In this document: positions 1 through 15,000 of the stretch, in pieces | Layout: each line of letters starts with the position of its first letter | How positions within the stretch are numbered: the first letter of the stretch is position 1 | From: Eledone cirrhosa | Taxonomy: Eukaryota | Assembly: GCA_964016885.1 (NCBI GenBank) | Contig: OZ024740.1 | Location: 107,570,001 to 107,634,000 of the forward strand | Reading direction: 5' to 3' | DNA length: 64,000 bases | Notes under the pieces: model-generated | Databases searched by the model: none | Seen by the model: only the letters and a program-made list of their open reading frames with translations | What the model was told of the DNA's origin: nothing | Program-made: the position numbers and the translations under genes

Positions 1-3000
1 GTAGAGCCAGTAATGAATGTTGTGAAGAGAAATGGAATAAGATGGTTGGGCCATGTATTGAGGAAAGATGACAGTGGCTGGGTGAGTGGAGTAGAGCCAG
101 TAATGAATGTTGTGAAGAGAAATGGAATAAGATGGTTGGGCCATGTATTGAGGAAAAATGACAGTGGCTGGGTGAGAGGAGTAATGAATGTTGTGAAGAG
201 AAGTGGAATAAGATGGTTGGATCATGTATTGAGGAAAGATGACAGTGGCTGGGTGAGAGGAGTAGAGCCAGTAATGAATGTTGTGAAGAGAAATGGAATA
301 AGATGGTTGGGCCATGTATTGAGGAAAGATGACAGTGGCTGGGTGAGTGGAGTAGAGCCAGTAATGAATGTTGTGAAGAGAAATGGAATAAGATGGTTGG
401 GCCATGTATTGAGGAAAAATGACAGTGGCTGGGTGAGAGGAGTAATGAATGTTGTGAAGAGAAATGGAATAAGATGGTTGGATCATGTATTGAGGAAAGA
501 TGACAGTGGCTGGGTGAGAGGAGTAGAGCCAGTAATGAATGTTGTGAAGAGAAATGGAATAAGATGGTTGGGCCATGTATTGAGGAAAGATGACAGTGGC
601 TGGGTGAGTGGAGTAGAGCCAGTAATGAATGTTGTGAAGAGAAATGGAATAAGATGGTTGGGCCATGTATTGAGGAAAAATGACAGTGGCTGGGTGAGAG
701 GAGTAATGAATGTTGTGAAGAGAAATGGAATAAGATGGTTGGGCCATGTATTGAGGAAAAATGACAGTGGCTGGGTGAGAGGAGTAATGAATGTTGTGAA
801 GAGAAATGGAATAAGATGGTTGGGCCATGTATTGAGGAAAAATGACAGTGGCTGGGTGAGAGGAGTAATGAATGTTGTGAAGAGAAATGGAATAAGATGG
901 TTGGGCCATGTATTGAGGAAAAATGACAGTGGCTGGGTGAGAGGAGTAATGAATGTTGTGAAGAGAAATGGAATAAGATGGTTGGGCCATGTATTGAGGA
1001 AAGATGACAGTGGCTGGGTGAGAGGAGTAATGAATGTTGTGAAGAGAAATGGAATAAGATGGTTGGGCCATGTATTGAGGAAAAATGACAGTGGCTGGGT
1101 GAGAGGAGTAGAGCCAGTAATGAATGTTGTGAAGAGAAATGGAATAAGATGGTTGGATCATGTATTGAGGAAAGATGACAGTGGCTGGGTGAGAGGAGTA
1201 GAGCCAGTAATGAATGTTGTGAAGAGAAATGGAATAAGATGGTTGGGCCATGTATTGAGGAAAGATGACAGTGGCTGGGTGAGAGGAGTAGAGCCAGTAA
1301 TGAATGTTGTGAAGAGAAATGGAATAAGATGGTTGGGCCATGTATTGAGGAAAGATGACAGTGGCTGGGTGAGAGGAGTAGAGCCAGTAATGAATGTTGT
1401 GAAGAGAAATGGAATAAGATGGTTGGGCCATGTATTGAGGAAAGATGACAGTGGCTGGGTGAGAGGAGTAGAGCCAGTAATGAATGTTGTGAAGAGAAAT
1501 GGAATAAGATGGTTGGGCCATGTATTGAGGAAAGATGACAGTGGCTGGGTGAGAGGAGTAGAGCCAGTAATGAATGTTGTGAAGAGAAATGGAATAAGAT
1601 GGTTGGGCCATGTATTGAGGAAAAATGACAGTGGCTGGGTGAGAGGAGTAGAGCCAGTAATGAATGTTGTGAAGAGAAATGGAATAAGATGGTTGGGCCA
1701 TGTATTGAGGAAAAATGACAGTGGCTGGGTGAGAGGAGTAGAGCCAGTAATGAATGTTGTGAAGAGAAATGGAATAAGATGGTTGGGCCATGTATTGAGG
1801 AAAGATGACAGTGGCTGGGTGAGAGGAGTAGAGCCAGTAATGAATGTTGTGAAGAGAAATGGAATAAGATGGTTGGGCCATGTATTGAGGAAAAATGACA
1901 GTGGCTGGGTGAGAGGAGTAGAGCCAGTAATGAATGTTGTGAAGAGAAATGGAATAAGATGGTTGGGCCATGTATTGAGGAAAGATGACAGTGGCTGGGT
2001 GAGAGGAGTAGAGCCAGTAATGAATGTTGTGAAGAGAAATGGAATAAGATGGTTGGGCCATGTATTGAGGAAAGATGACAGTGGCTGGGTGAGAGGAGTA
2101 GAGCTAGTAATGAATGTTGTGAAGAGAAATGGAATAAGATGGTTGGGCCATGTATTGAGGAAAGATGACAGTGGCTGGGTGAGAGGAGTAGAGCTAGTAA
2201 TGAATGTTGTGAAGAGAAATGGAATAAGATGGTTGGGCCATGTATTGAGGAAAGATGACAGTGGCTGGGTGAGAGGAGTAGAGCCAGTAATGAATGTTGT
2301 GAAGAGAAATGGAATAAGATGGTTGGGCCATGTATTGAGGAAAGATGACAGTGGCTGGGTGAGAGGAGTAGAGCCAGTAATGAATGTTGTGAAGAGAAAT
2401 GGAATAAGATGGTTGGGCCATGTATTGAGGAAAAATGACAGTGGCTGGGTGAGAGGAGTAATGAATGTTGTGAAGAGAAATGGAATAAGATGGTTGGGCC
2501 ATGTATTGAGGAAAGATGACAGTGGCTGGGTGAGAGGAGTAGAGCCAGTAATGAATGTTGTGAAGAGAAATGGAATAAGATGGTTGGGCCATGTATTGAG
2601 GAAAAATGACAGTGGCTGGGTGAGAGGAGTAATGAATGTTGTGAAGAGAAATGGAATAAGATGGTTGGGCCATGTATTGAGGAAAAATGACAGTGGCTGG
2701 GTGAGAGGAGTAATGAATGTTGTGAAGAGAAATGGAATAAGATGGTTGGGCCATGTATTGAGGAAAGATGACAGTGGCTGGGTGAGTGGAGTAGAGCCAG
2801 TAATGAATGTTGTGAAGAGAAATGGAATAAGATGGTTGGGCCATGTATTGAGGAAAGATGACAGTGGCTGGGTGAGAGGAGTAGAGCCAGTAATGAATGT
2901 TGTGAAGAGAAATGGAATAAGATGGTTGGATCATGTATTGAGGAAAGATGACAGTGGCTGGGTGAGAGGGGTAGAGCCAGTAATGAATGTTGTGAAGAGA

Positions 3001-6000
3001 AATGGAATAAGATGGTTGGGCCATGTATTGAGGAAAGATGACAGTGGCTGGGTGAGAGGAGTAGAGCCAGTAATGAATGTTGTGAAGAGAAATGGAATAA
3101 GATGGTTGGATCATGTATTGAGGAAAGATGACAGTGGCTGGGTGAGAGGAGTAGAGCCAGTAATGAATGTTGTGAAGAGAAATGGAATAAGATGGTTGGG
3201 CCATGTATTGAGGAAAGATGACAGTGGCTGGGTGAGAGGAGTAGAGCCAGTAATGAATGTTGTGAAGAGAAATGGAATAAGATGGTTGGGCCATATATTG
3301 AGGAAAGATGACAGTGGCTGGGTGAGAGGAGTAGAGCCAGTAATGAATGTTGTGAAGAGAAATGGAATAAGAAGGTTGGATCATGTATTGAGGAAAGATG
3401 ACAGTGGCTGGGTGAGAGGAGTAGAGCCAGTAATGAATGTTGTGAAGAGAAATGGAATAAGATGGCTGGGCCATGTATTGAGGAAAGGTGACAGTGGCTG
3501 GGTGAGAGGAGTAGAGCTAGTAATGAATGTTGTGAAGAGAAATGGAATAAGAAGGTGGGATCATGTATTGAGGAAAGATGACAGTGGCTGGGTGAGAGGA
3601 GTAGAGCCAGTAATGAATGTTGTGAAGAGAAATGGAATAAGAAGGTTGGATCATGTATTGAGGAAAGATGACAGTGGCTGGGTGAGAGGAGTAGAGCCAG
3701 TAATGAATGTTGTGAAGAGAAATGGAATAAGATGGCTGGGCCATGTATTGAGGAAAGGTGACAGTGGCTGGGTGAGAGGAGTAGAGCCAGTAATGAATGT
3801 TGTGAAGAGAAATGGAATAAGATGGTTGGGCCATGTATTGAGGAAAGATGACAGTGGCTGGGTGAGAGGAGTAGAGCTAGTAATGAATGTTGTGAAGAGA
3901 AATGGAATAAGAAGGTGGGATCATGTATTGAGGAAAGATGACAGTGGCTGGGTGAGAGGAGTAGAGCCAGTAATGAATGTTGTGAAGAGAAATGGAATAA
4001 GAAGGTTGGATCATGTATTGAGGAAAGATGACAGTGGCTGGGTGAGAGGAGTAGAGCCAGTAATGAATGTTGTGAAGAGAAATGGAATAAGATGGTTGGG
4101 CCATGTATTGAGGAAAGATGACAGTGGCTGGGTGAGAGGAGTAGAGCCAGTAATGAATGTTGTGAAGAGAAATGGAATAAGATGGTTGGGTCATGTGTTT
4201 AGGAAAGATGACAGTGGCTGGGTGAGAGGAGTAGAGCCAGTAATGAATGTTGTGAAGAGAAATGGAATAAGATGGTTGGGCCATGTATTGAGGAAAGATG
4301 ACAGTGGCTGGGTGAGAGCAGTAGAGCCAGTAATGAATGTTGTGAAGAGAAATGGAATAAGATGGTTGGGCCATGTATTGAGGAAAGATGACAGTGGCTG
4401 GGTGAGAGGAGTAGGGCCAGTAATGAATGTAGTGAAGAGAAATGGAATAAGATGGTTGGGCCATGTATTGAGGAAAGATGACAGTGGCTGGGTGAGAGGA
4501 GTAGAGCCAGTAATGAATGTTGTGAAGAGAAATGGAATAAGATGGTTTGGCTATGTATTGAGGAAAGATGACAGTGGCTGGGTGAGAGGAGTAGAGCCAG
4601 TAATGAATGTTGTGAAGAGAAATGGAATAAGATGGTTGGGCCATGTATTGAGGAAAGATGACAGTGGCTGGGTGAGAGGAGTAGAGCCAGTAATGAATGT
4701 TGTGAAGAGAAATGGAATAAGATGGTTGGATCATGTATTGAGGAAAGATGACAGTGGCTGGGTGAGAGGGGTAGAGCCAGTAATGAATGTTGTGAAGAGA
4801 AATGGAATAAGATGGTTGGGCTATGTATTGAGGAAAGATGACAGTGGCTGGCTGAGAGGAGTAGAGCCAGTAATGATTGTTGTGAAGAGAAATGGAATAA
4901 GATGGTTGGGCCATGTATTGAGGAAAGATGATAGTGGCTGGGTGAGAGGAGTAGAGCCAGTAATGAATGTTGTGAAGGGAAATGGAATAAGATGGTTGGG
5001 CTATGTATTGAGGAAAGATGACAGTGGCTGGGTGAGAGGAGTAGAGCTAGTAATGAATGTTGTGAAGAGAAATGGAATAAGAAGGTTGGATCATGTATTG
5101 AGGAAAGATGACAGTGGCTGGGTGAGAGAAGTAGAGCCAGTAATGAATGTTGTGAAGAGAAATGGAATAATAAGGTTGGATCATGTATTGAGGAAAGATG
5201 ACAGTGGCTGGGTGAGAGGAGGAGAGCCAGTAATGAATGTTGTGTAGAGAAATGGAATAAGATGGTTGGGCCATGTATTGAGGAAAGATGACAGTGGCTG
5301 GGTGAGAGGAGTAGAGCCAGTAATGAATGTTGTGAAGAGAAATGGAATAATAAGGTTGGGCCATGTATTGAGGAAAGATGACAGTGGCTGGGTGAGAGGA
5401 GTAGAGCCAGTAATGAATGTTGTGAAGAGAAATGGAATAAGATGGTTGGGCCATGTATTGAGGAAAGATGACAGTGGCTGGGTGAGAGGAGTAGAGCTAG
5501 TAATGAATGTTGTGAAGAGAAATGGAATAAGATGGTTGGGCCATGTATTGAGGAAAGATGACAGTGGCTGGGTGAGAGGAGTAGAGCCAGTAATGAATGT
5601 TGTGAAGAGAAATGGAATAAGATGGTTGGGCCATGTATTGAGGAAAAATGACAGTGGCTGGGTGAGAGGAGTAATGAATGTTGTGAAGAGAAATGGAATA
5701 AGATGGTTGGGCCATGTATTGAGGAAAGATGACAGTGGCTGGGTGAGAGAAGTAGAGCCAGTAATGAATGTTGTGAAGAGAAATGGAATAAGATGGTTGG
5801 GCCATGTATTGAGGAAAAATGACAGTGGCTGGGTGAGAGGGGTAGAGCCAGTAATGAATGTTGTGAAGAGAAATGGAATAAGATGGTTGGATCATGTATT
5901 GAGGAAAGATGACAGTGGCTGGGTGAGAGGAGTAGAGCCAGTAATGAATGTTGTGAAGAGAAATGGAATAAGAAGGTTGGATCATGTATTGAGGAAAGAT

Positions 6001-9000
6001 GACAGTGGTTGGTTGAGAGGAGTAGAGCCAGTAATGAATGTTGTGAAGAGAAATGGAATAAGATGGCTGGGCCATGTATTGAGGAAAGGTGACAGTGGCT
6101 GGGTGAGAGGAGTAGAGCTAGTAATGAATGTTGTGAAGAGAAATGGAATAAGAAGGTGGGATCATGTATTGAGGAAAGATGACAGTGGCTGGGTGAGAGG
6201 AGTAGAGCCAGTAATGAATGTTGTGAAGAGAAATGGAATAAGAAGGTTGGATCATGTATTGAGGAAAGATGACAGTGGCTGGGTGAGAGGTGTAGAGCCA
6301 GTAATGAATGTTGTGAAGAGAAATGGAATAAGATGGTTGGGCCATGTATTGAGGAAAGATGACAGTGGCTGGGTGAGAGGAGTAGAGCCAGTAATGAATG
6401 TTGTGAAGAGAAATGGAATAAGATGGTTGGGTCATGTGTTTAGGAAAGATGACAGTGGCTGGGTGAGAGGAGTAGAGCCAGTAATGAATGTTGTGAAGAG
6501 AAATGGAATAAGATGGTTGGGCCATGTATTGAGGAAAGATGACAGTGGCTGGGTGAGAGCAGTAGAGCCAGTAATGAATGTTGTGAAGAGAAATGGAATA
6601 AGAAGGTGGGATCATGTATTGAGGAAAGATGACAGTGGCTGGGTGAGAGGAGTAGAGCCAGTAATGAATGTTGTGAAGAGAAATGGAATAAGAAGGTTGG
6701 ATCATGTATTGAGGAAAGATGACAGTGGCTGGGTGAGAGGTGTAGAGCCAGTAATGAATGTTGTGAAGAGAAATGGAATAAGATGGTTGGGCCATGTATT
6801 GAGGAAAGATGACAGTGGCTGGGTGAGAGGAGTAGAGCCAGTAATGAATGTTGTGAAGAGAAATGGAATAAGATGGTTGGGTCATGTGTTTAGGAAAGAT
6901 GACAGTGGCTGGGTGAGAGGAGTAGAGCCAGTAATGAATGTTGTGAAGAGAAATGGAATAAGATGGTTGGGCCATGTATTGAGGAAAGATGACAGTGGCT
7001 GGGTGAGAGCAGTAGAGCCAGTAATGAATGTTGTGAAGAGAAATGGAATAAGATGGTTGGGCCACGTATTGAGGAAAGATGACAGTGGCTGGGTGAGAGG
7101 AGTAGAGCCAGTAATGAATGTTGTGAAGAGAAATGGAATAAGAAGGTTGGATCATGTATTGAGGAAAGATGACAGTGGCTGGGTGAGAGGAGTAGAGCCA
7201 GTAATGAATGTTGTGAAGAGAAATGGAATAAGATGGCTGGGCCATGTATTGAGGAAAGGTGACAGTGGCTGGGTGAGAGGAGTAGCGCTAGTAATGAATG
7301 TTGTGAAGAGAAATGGAATAAGAAGGTGGGATCATGTATTGAGGAAAGATGACAGTGGCTGGGTGAGAGGAGTAGAGCCAGTAATGAATGTTGTGAAGAG
7401 AAATGGAATAAGAAGGTTGGATCATGTATTGAGGAAAGATGACAGTGGCTGGGTGAGAGGAGTAGAGCCAGTAATGAATGTTGTGAAGAGAAATGGAATA
7501 AGATGGTTGGGCCATGTATTGAGGAAAGATGACAGTGGCTGGGTGAGAGGAGTAGAGCCAGTAATGAATGTTGTGAAGAGAAATGGAATAAGATGGTTGG
7601 GTCATGTGTTTAGGAAAGATGACAGTGGCTGGGTGAGAGGAGTAGAGCCAGTAATGAATGTTGTGAAGAGAAATGGAATAAGATGGTTGGGCCATGTATT
7701 GAGGAAAGATGACAGTGGCTGGGTGAGAGCAGTAGAGCCAGTAATGAATGTTGTGAAGAGAAATGGAATAAGATGGTTGGGCCATGTATTGAGGAAAGAT
7801 GACAGTGGCTGGGTGAGAGGAGTAGGGCCAGTAATGAATGTAGTGAAGAGAAATGGAATAAGATGGTTGGGCCATGTATTGAGGAAAGATGACAGTGGCT
7901 GGGTGAGAGGAGTAGAGCCAGTAATGAATGTTGTGAAGAGAAATGGAATAAGATGGTTTGGCTATGTATTGAGGAAAGATGACAGTGGCTGGGTGAGAGG
8001 AGTAGAGCCAGTAATGAATGTTGTGAAGAGAAATGGAATAAGATGGTTGGGCCATGTATTGAGGAAAGATGACAGTGGCTGGGTGAGAGGAGTAGAGCCA
8101 GTAATGAATGTTGTGAAGAGAAATGGAATAAGATGGTTGGATCATGTATTGAGGAAAGATGACAGTGGCTGGGTGAGAGGAGTAGAGCCAGTAATGAATG
8201 TTGTGAAGAGAAATGGAATAAGATGGTTGGGCTATGTATTGAGGAAAGATGACAGTGGCTGGCTGAGAGGAGTAGAGCCAGTAATGATTGTTGTGAAGAG
8301 AAATGGAATAAGATGGTTGGGCCATGTATTGAGGAAAGATGATAGTGGCTGGGTGAGAGGAGTAGAGCCAGTTATGAATGTTGTGAAGGGAAATGGAATA
8401 AGATGTTTGGGCCATGTATTGAGGAAAGATGACAGTGGCTGGGTGAGAGGAGTAGAGCTAGTAATGAATGTTGTGAAGAGAAATGGAATAAGAAGGTTGG
8501 ATCATGTATTGAGGAAAGATGACAGTGGCTGGGTGAGAGAAGTAGAGCCAGTAATGAATGTTGTGAAGAGAAATGGAATAATAAGGTTGGATCATGTATT
8601 GAGGAAAGATGACAGTGGCTGGGTGAGAGGAGGAGAGCCAGTAATGAATGTTGTGTAGAGAAATGGAATAAGATGGTTGGGCCATGTATTGAGGAAAGAT
8701 GACAGTGGCTGGGTGAGAGGAGTAGAGCCAGTAATGAATGTTGTGAAGAGAAATGGAATAATAAGGTTGGGCCATGTATTGAGGAAAGATGACAGTGGCT
8801 GGGTGAGAGGAGTAGAGCCAGTAATGAATGTTGTGAAGAGAAATGGAATAAGATGGTTGGGCCATGTATTGAGGAAAGATGACAGTGGCTGGGTGAGAGG
8901 AGTAGAGCCAGTAATGAATGTTGTGAAGAGAAATGGAATAAGATGGTTGGGCCATGTATTGAGGAAAGGTGACAGTGGCTGGGTGAGAGGAGTAGAGCCA

Positions 9001-12000
9001 GTAATGAATGTTGCGAAGAGAAATGGAATAAGATGGTTGGGCCATGTATTGAGGAAAAATGACAGTGGCTGGGTGAGAGGAGTAATGAATGTTGTGAAGA
9101 GAAATGGAATAAGATGGTTGGGCCATGTATTGAGGAAAGATGACAGTGGCTGGGTGAGAGGAGTAGAGCCAGTAATGAATGTTGTGAAGAGAAATGGAAT
9201 AAGATGGTTGGGCCATGTATTGAGGAAAGGTGACAGTGGCTGGGTGAGAGGAGTAGAGCCAGTAATGAATGTTGCGAAGAGAAATGGAATAAGATGGTTG
9301 GGCCATGTATTGAGGAAAAATGACAGTGGCTGGGTGAGAGGAGTAATGAATGTTGTGAAGAGAAATGGAATAAGATGGTTGGGCCATGTATTGAGGAAAG
9401 ATGACAGTGGCTGGGTGAGAGGAGTAGAGCCAGTAATGAATGTTGTGAAGAGAAATGGAATAAGATGGTTGGGCCATGTATTGAGGAAAAATGACAGTGG
9501 CTGGGTGAGAGGGGTAGAGCCAGTAATGAATGTTGTGAAGAGAAATGGAATAAGATGGTTGGATCATGTATTGAGGAAAGATGACAGTGGCTGGGTGAGA
9601 GGAGTAGAGCCAGTAATGAATGTTGTGAAGAGAAATGGAATAAGATGGTTGGATCATGTATTGAGGAAAGATGACAGTGGCTGGGTGAGAGGGGTAGAGC
9701 CAGTAATGAATGTTGTGAAGAGAAATGGAATAAGATGGTTGGGCCATGTATTGAGGAAAGATGACAGTGGCTGGGTGAGAGGAGTAGAGACAGTAATGAA
9801 TGCTGTGAAGAGAAATGGAATATGATGGTTGGGCCATATATTGAGGAAAGATGACAGTGGCTGGGTGAGAGGGGTAGAGCCAGTAATGAATGTTGTGAAG
9901 AGAAATGGAATAAGATGGTTGGGCCATGTATTGAGGAAAGATGACAGTGGCTGGGTGAGAGGGGTAGAGCTAGTAATGAATGTTGTGAAGAGAAATGGAA
10001 TAAGATGGTTGGGCCATGTATTGAGGAAAGATGACAGTGGCTGGGTGAAAGGAGTAGAGCTAGTAATGAATGTTGTGAAGAGAAATGGAATAAGATGGTT
10101 GGGCCATGTATTGAGGAAAGATGACAGTGGCTGGGTGAGAGGGGTAGAGCCAGTAATGAATGTTGTGAAGAGAAATGGAATAAGATGGTTGGGCCATGTA
10201 TTGAGGAAAGATGACAGTGGCTGGGTGAGAGGAGTAATGAATGTTGTGAAGAGAAATGGAATAAGATGGTTGGGCCATGTATTGAGGAAAGATGACAGTG
10301 GCTGGGTGAGAGGAGTAGAGCTAGTAATGAATGTTGTGAAGAGAAATGGAATAAGATGGTTGGGCCATGTATTGAGGAAAGATGACAGTGGCTGGGTGAG
10401 AGGAGTAGAGCCAGTAATGAATGTTGTGAAGAGAAATGGAATAAGATGGTTGGATCATGTATTGAGGAAAGATGACAGTGGCTGGGTGAGAGGAGTAGAG
10501 CCAGTAATGAATGTTGTGAAGAGAAATGGAATAAGATGGTTGGGCCATGTATTGAGGAAAGATGACAGTGGCTGGGTGAGAGGAGTAGAGCCAGTAATGA
10601 ATGTTGTGAAGAGAAATGGAATAAGATGGTTGGATCATGTATTGAGGAAAGATGACAGTGGCTGGGTGAGAGGAGTAGAGTCAGTAATGAATGTTGTGAA
10701 GAGAAATGGAATAAGATGGTTGGGCCATGTATTGAGGAAAGATGACAGTGGCTGGGTGAGAGGAGTAGAGCCAGTAATGAATGTTGTGAAGAGAAATGGA
10801 ATAAGATGGTTGGGCCATGTATTGAGGAAAGATGACAGTGGCTGGGTGAGAGGAGTAGAGCCAGTAATGAATGTTGTGAAGAGAAATGGAATAAGATGGT
10901 TGGGCCATGTATTGAGGAAAGATGACAGTGGCTGGGTGAGAGGAGTAGAGCCAGTAATGAATGTTGTGAAGAGAAATGGAATAAGATGGTTGGGCCATGT
11001 ATTGAGGAAAGATGACAGTGGCTGGGTGAGAGGAGTAGAGTCAGTAATGAATGTTGTGAAGAGAAATGGAATAAGATGGTTGGGCCATGTATTGAGGAAA
11101 GATGACAGTGGCTGGGTGAGAGGAGTAGAGCTAGTAATGAATGTTGTGAAGAGAAATGGAATAAGATGGTTGGGCCATGTATTGAGGAAAGATGACAGTG
11201 GCTGGGTGAGAGGGGTAGAGCTAGTAATGAATGTTGTGAAGAGAATTGGAATAAGATGGTTGGGCCATGTATTGAGGAAAGATGACAGTGGCTGGGTGAA
11301 AGGAGTAGAGCTAGTAATGAATGTTGTGAAGAGAAATGGAATAAGATGGTTGGGCCATGTATTGAGGAAAGATGACAGTGGCTGGGTGAGAGGGGTAGAG
11401 CCAGTAATGAATGTTGTGAAGAGAAATGGAATAAGATGGTTGGGCCATGTATTGAGGAAAGATGACAGTGGCTGGGTGAGAGGAGTAGAGCCAGTAATGA
11501 ATGTTGTGAAGAGAAATGGAATAAGATGGTTGGGCCATGTATTGAGGAAAGATGACAGTGGCTGGGTGAGAGGAGTAATGAATGTTGTGAAGAGAAATGG
11601 AATAAGATGGTTGGGCCATGTATTGAGGAAAGATGACAGTGGCTGGGTGAGAGGAGTAGAGCTAGTAATGAATGTTGTGAAGAGAAATGGAATAAGATGG
11701 TTGGGCCATGTATTGAGGAAAGATGACAGTGGCTGGGTGAGAGGAGTAGAGCTAGTAATGAATGTTGTGAAGAGAAATGGAATAAGATGGTTGGGCCATG
11801 TATTGAGGAAAGATGACAGTGGCTGGGTGAGAGGAGTAGAGCCAGTAATGAATGTTGTGAAGAGAAATGGAATAAGATGGTTGGATCATGTATTGAGGAA
11901 AGATGACAGTGGCTGGGTGAGAGGAGTAGAGCCAGTAATGAATGTTGTGAAGAGAAATGGAATAAGATGGTTGGATCATGTATTGAGGAAAGATGACAGT

Positions 12001-15000
12001 GGCTGGGTGAGAGGAGTAGAGCCAGTAATGAATGTTGTGAAGAGAAATGGAATAAGATGGTTGGGCCATGTATTGAGGAAAGATGACAGTGGCTGGGTGA
12101 GAGGAGTAGAGCCAGTAATGAATGTTGTGAAGAGAAATGGAATAAGATGGTTGGATCATGTATTGAGGAAAGATGACAGTGGCTGGGTGAGAGGAGTAGA
12201 GCCAGTAATGAATGTTGTGAAGAGAAATGGAATAAGATGGTTGGGCCATGTATTGAGGAAAGATGACAGTGGCTGGGTGAGAGGAGTAGAGCCAGTAATG
12301 AATGTTGTGAAGAGAAATGGAATAAGATGGTTGGGCCATGTATTGAGGAAAGATGACAGTGGCTGGGTGAGAGGAGTAATGAATGTTGTGAAGAGAAATG
12401 GAATAAGATGGTTGGGCCATGTATTGAGGAAAGATGACAGTGGCTGGGTGAGAGGAGTAGAGCTAGTAATGAATGTTGTGAAGAGAAATGGAATAAGATG
12501 GTTGGGCCATGTATTGAGGAAAGATGACAGTGGCTGGGTGAGAGGAGTAGAGCCAGTAATGAATGTTGTGAAGAGAAATGGAATAAGATGGTTGGATCAT
12601 GTATTGAGGAAAGATGACAGTGGCTGGGTGAGAGGAGTAGAGCCAGTAATGAATGTTGTGAAGAGAAATGGAATAAGATGGTTGGATCATGTATTGAGGA
12701 AAGATGACAGTGGCTGGGTGAGAGGAGTAGAGCCAGTAATGAATGTTGTGAAGAGAAATGGAATAAGATGGTTGGGCCATGTATTGAGGAAAGATGACAG
12801 TGGCTGGGTGAGAGGAGTAGAGCCAGTAATGAATGTTGTGAAGAGAAATGGAATAAGATGGTTGGATCATGTATTGAGGAAAGATGACAGTGGCTGGGTG
12901 AGAGGAGTAGAGTCAGTAATGAATGTTGTGAAGAGAAATGGAATAAGATGGTTGGGCCATGTATTGAGGAAAGATGACAGTGGCTGGGTGAGAGGAGTAG
13001 AGGCAGTAATGAATGTTGTGAAGAGAAATGGAATAAGATGGTTGGGCCATGTATTGAGGAAAGATGACAGTGGCTGGGTGAGAGGAGTAGAGCCAGTAAT
13101 GAATGTTGTGAAGAGAAATGGAATAAGATGGTTGGGCCATGTATTGAGGAAAGATGACAGTGGCTGGGTGAGAGGAGTAGAGCCAGTAATGAATGTTCTG
13201 AAGAGAAATGGAATAAGATGGTTGGGCCATGTATTGAGGAAAGATGACAGTGGCTGGGTGAGAGGAGTAGAGCCAGTAATGAATGTTGTGAAGAGAAATG
13301 GAATAAGATGGTTGGGCCATGTATTGAGGAAAGATGACAGTGGCTGGGTGAGAGGAGTAGAGCCAGTAATGAATATTGTGAAGAGAAATGGAATAAGATG
13401 GTTGGGCCATGTATTGAGGAAAGATGACAGTGGCTGGGTGAGAGAAGTAGAGCCAGTAATGAATGTTGTGAAGAGAAATGGAATAAGATGGTTGGGCCAT
13501 GTATTGAGGAAAGATGACAGTGGCTGGGTGAGAGGAGTAGAGCTAGTAATGAATGTTGTGAAGAGAAATGGAATAAGATGGTTGGGCCATGTATTGAGGA
13601 AAGATGACAGTGGCTGGGTGAGAGAAGTAGAGCCAGTAATGAATGTTGTGAAGAGAAATGGAATAAGATGGTTGGGCCATGTATTGAGGAAAGATGACAG
13701 TGGCTGGGTGAGAGGAGTAATGAATGTTGTGAAGAGAAATGGAATAAGATGGTTGGGCCATGTATTGAGGAAAGATGAAAGTGGCTGGGTGAGAGAAGTA
13801 GAGCCAGTAATGAATGTTGTGAAGAGAAATGGAATAAGATGGTTGGGCCATGTATTGAGGAAAGATGACAGTGGCTGGGTGAGAGGAGTAGAGCTAGTAA
13901 TGAATGTTGTGAAGAGAAATGGAATAAGATGGTTGGGCCATGTATTGAGGAAAGATGACAGTGGCTGGGTGAGAGAAGTAGAGCCAGTAATGAATGTTGT
14001 GAAGAGAAATGGAATAAGATGGTTGGGCCATGTATTGAGGAAAGATGACAGTGGCTGGGTGAGAGGAGTAATGAATGTTGTGAAGAGAAATGGAATAAGA
14101 TGGTTGGGCCATGTATTGAGGAAAGATGACAGTGGCTGGGTGAGAGGAGTAATGAATGTTGTGAAGAGAAATGGAATAAGATGGTTGGGCCATGTATTGA
14201 GGAAAGATGACAGTGGCTGGGTGAGAGGAGTAGAGCCAGTAATGAATGTTGTGAAGAGAAATGGAATAAGATGGTTGGATCATGTATTGAGGAAAGATGA
14301 CAGTGGCTGGGTGAGAGGAGTAGAGCCAGTAATGAATGTTGTGAAGAGAAATGGAATAAGATGGTTGGGCCATGTATTGAGGAAAGATGGCAGTGGCTGG
14401 GTGAGAGGAGTAGAGCCAGTAATGAATGTTGTGAAGAGAAATGGAATAAGATGGTTGGGCCATGTATTGAGGAAAGATGACAGTGGCTGGGTGAGAGGAG
14501 TAGAGCTAGTAATGAATGTTGTGAAGAGTAATGGAATAAGATGGTTGGGCCATGTATTGAGGAAAGATGACAGTGGCTGGGTGAGAGGGGTAGAGCCAGT
14601 AATGAATGTTGTTAAGAGAAATGGAATAAGATGGTTGGGCCATGTATTGAGGAAAGATGACAGTGGCTGGGTGAGAGGAGTAGAGCCAGTAATGAATGTT
14701 GTGAAGAGAAATGGAATAAGATGGTTGGGCCATGTATTGAGGAAAGATGACAGTGGCTGGGTGAGAGGAGTAGAGCCAGTAATGAATGTTGTGAAGAGAA
14801 ATGGAATAAGATGGTTGGGCCATGTATTGAGGAAAGATGACAGTGGCTGGGTGAGAGGAGTAGAGTCAGTAATGAATGTTGTGAAGAGAAATGGAATAAG
14901 ATGGTTGGGCCATGTATTGAGGAAAGATGACAGTGGCTGGGTGAGAGGGGTAGAGCTAGTAATGAATGTTGTGAAGAGAAATGGAATAAGATGGTTGGGC

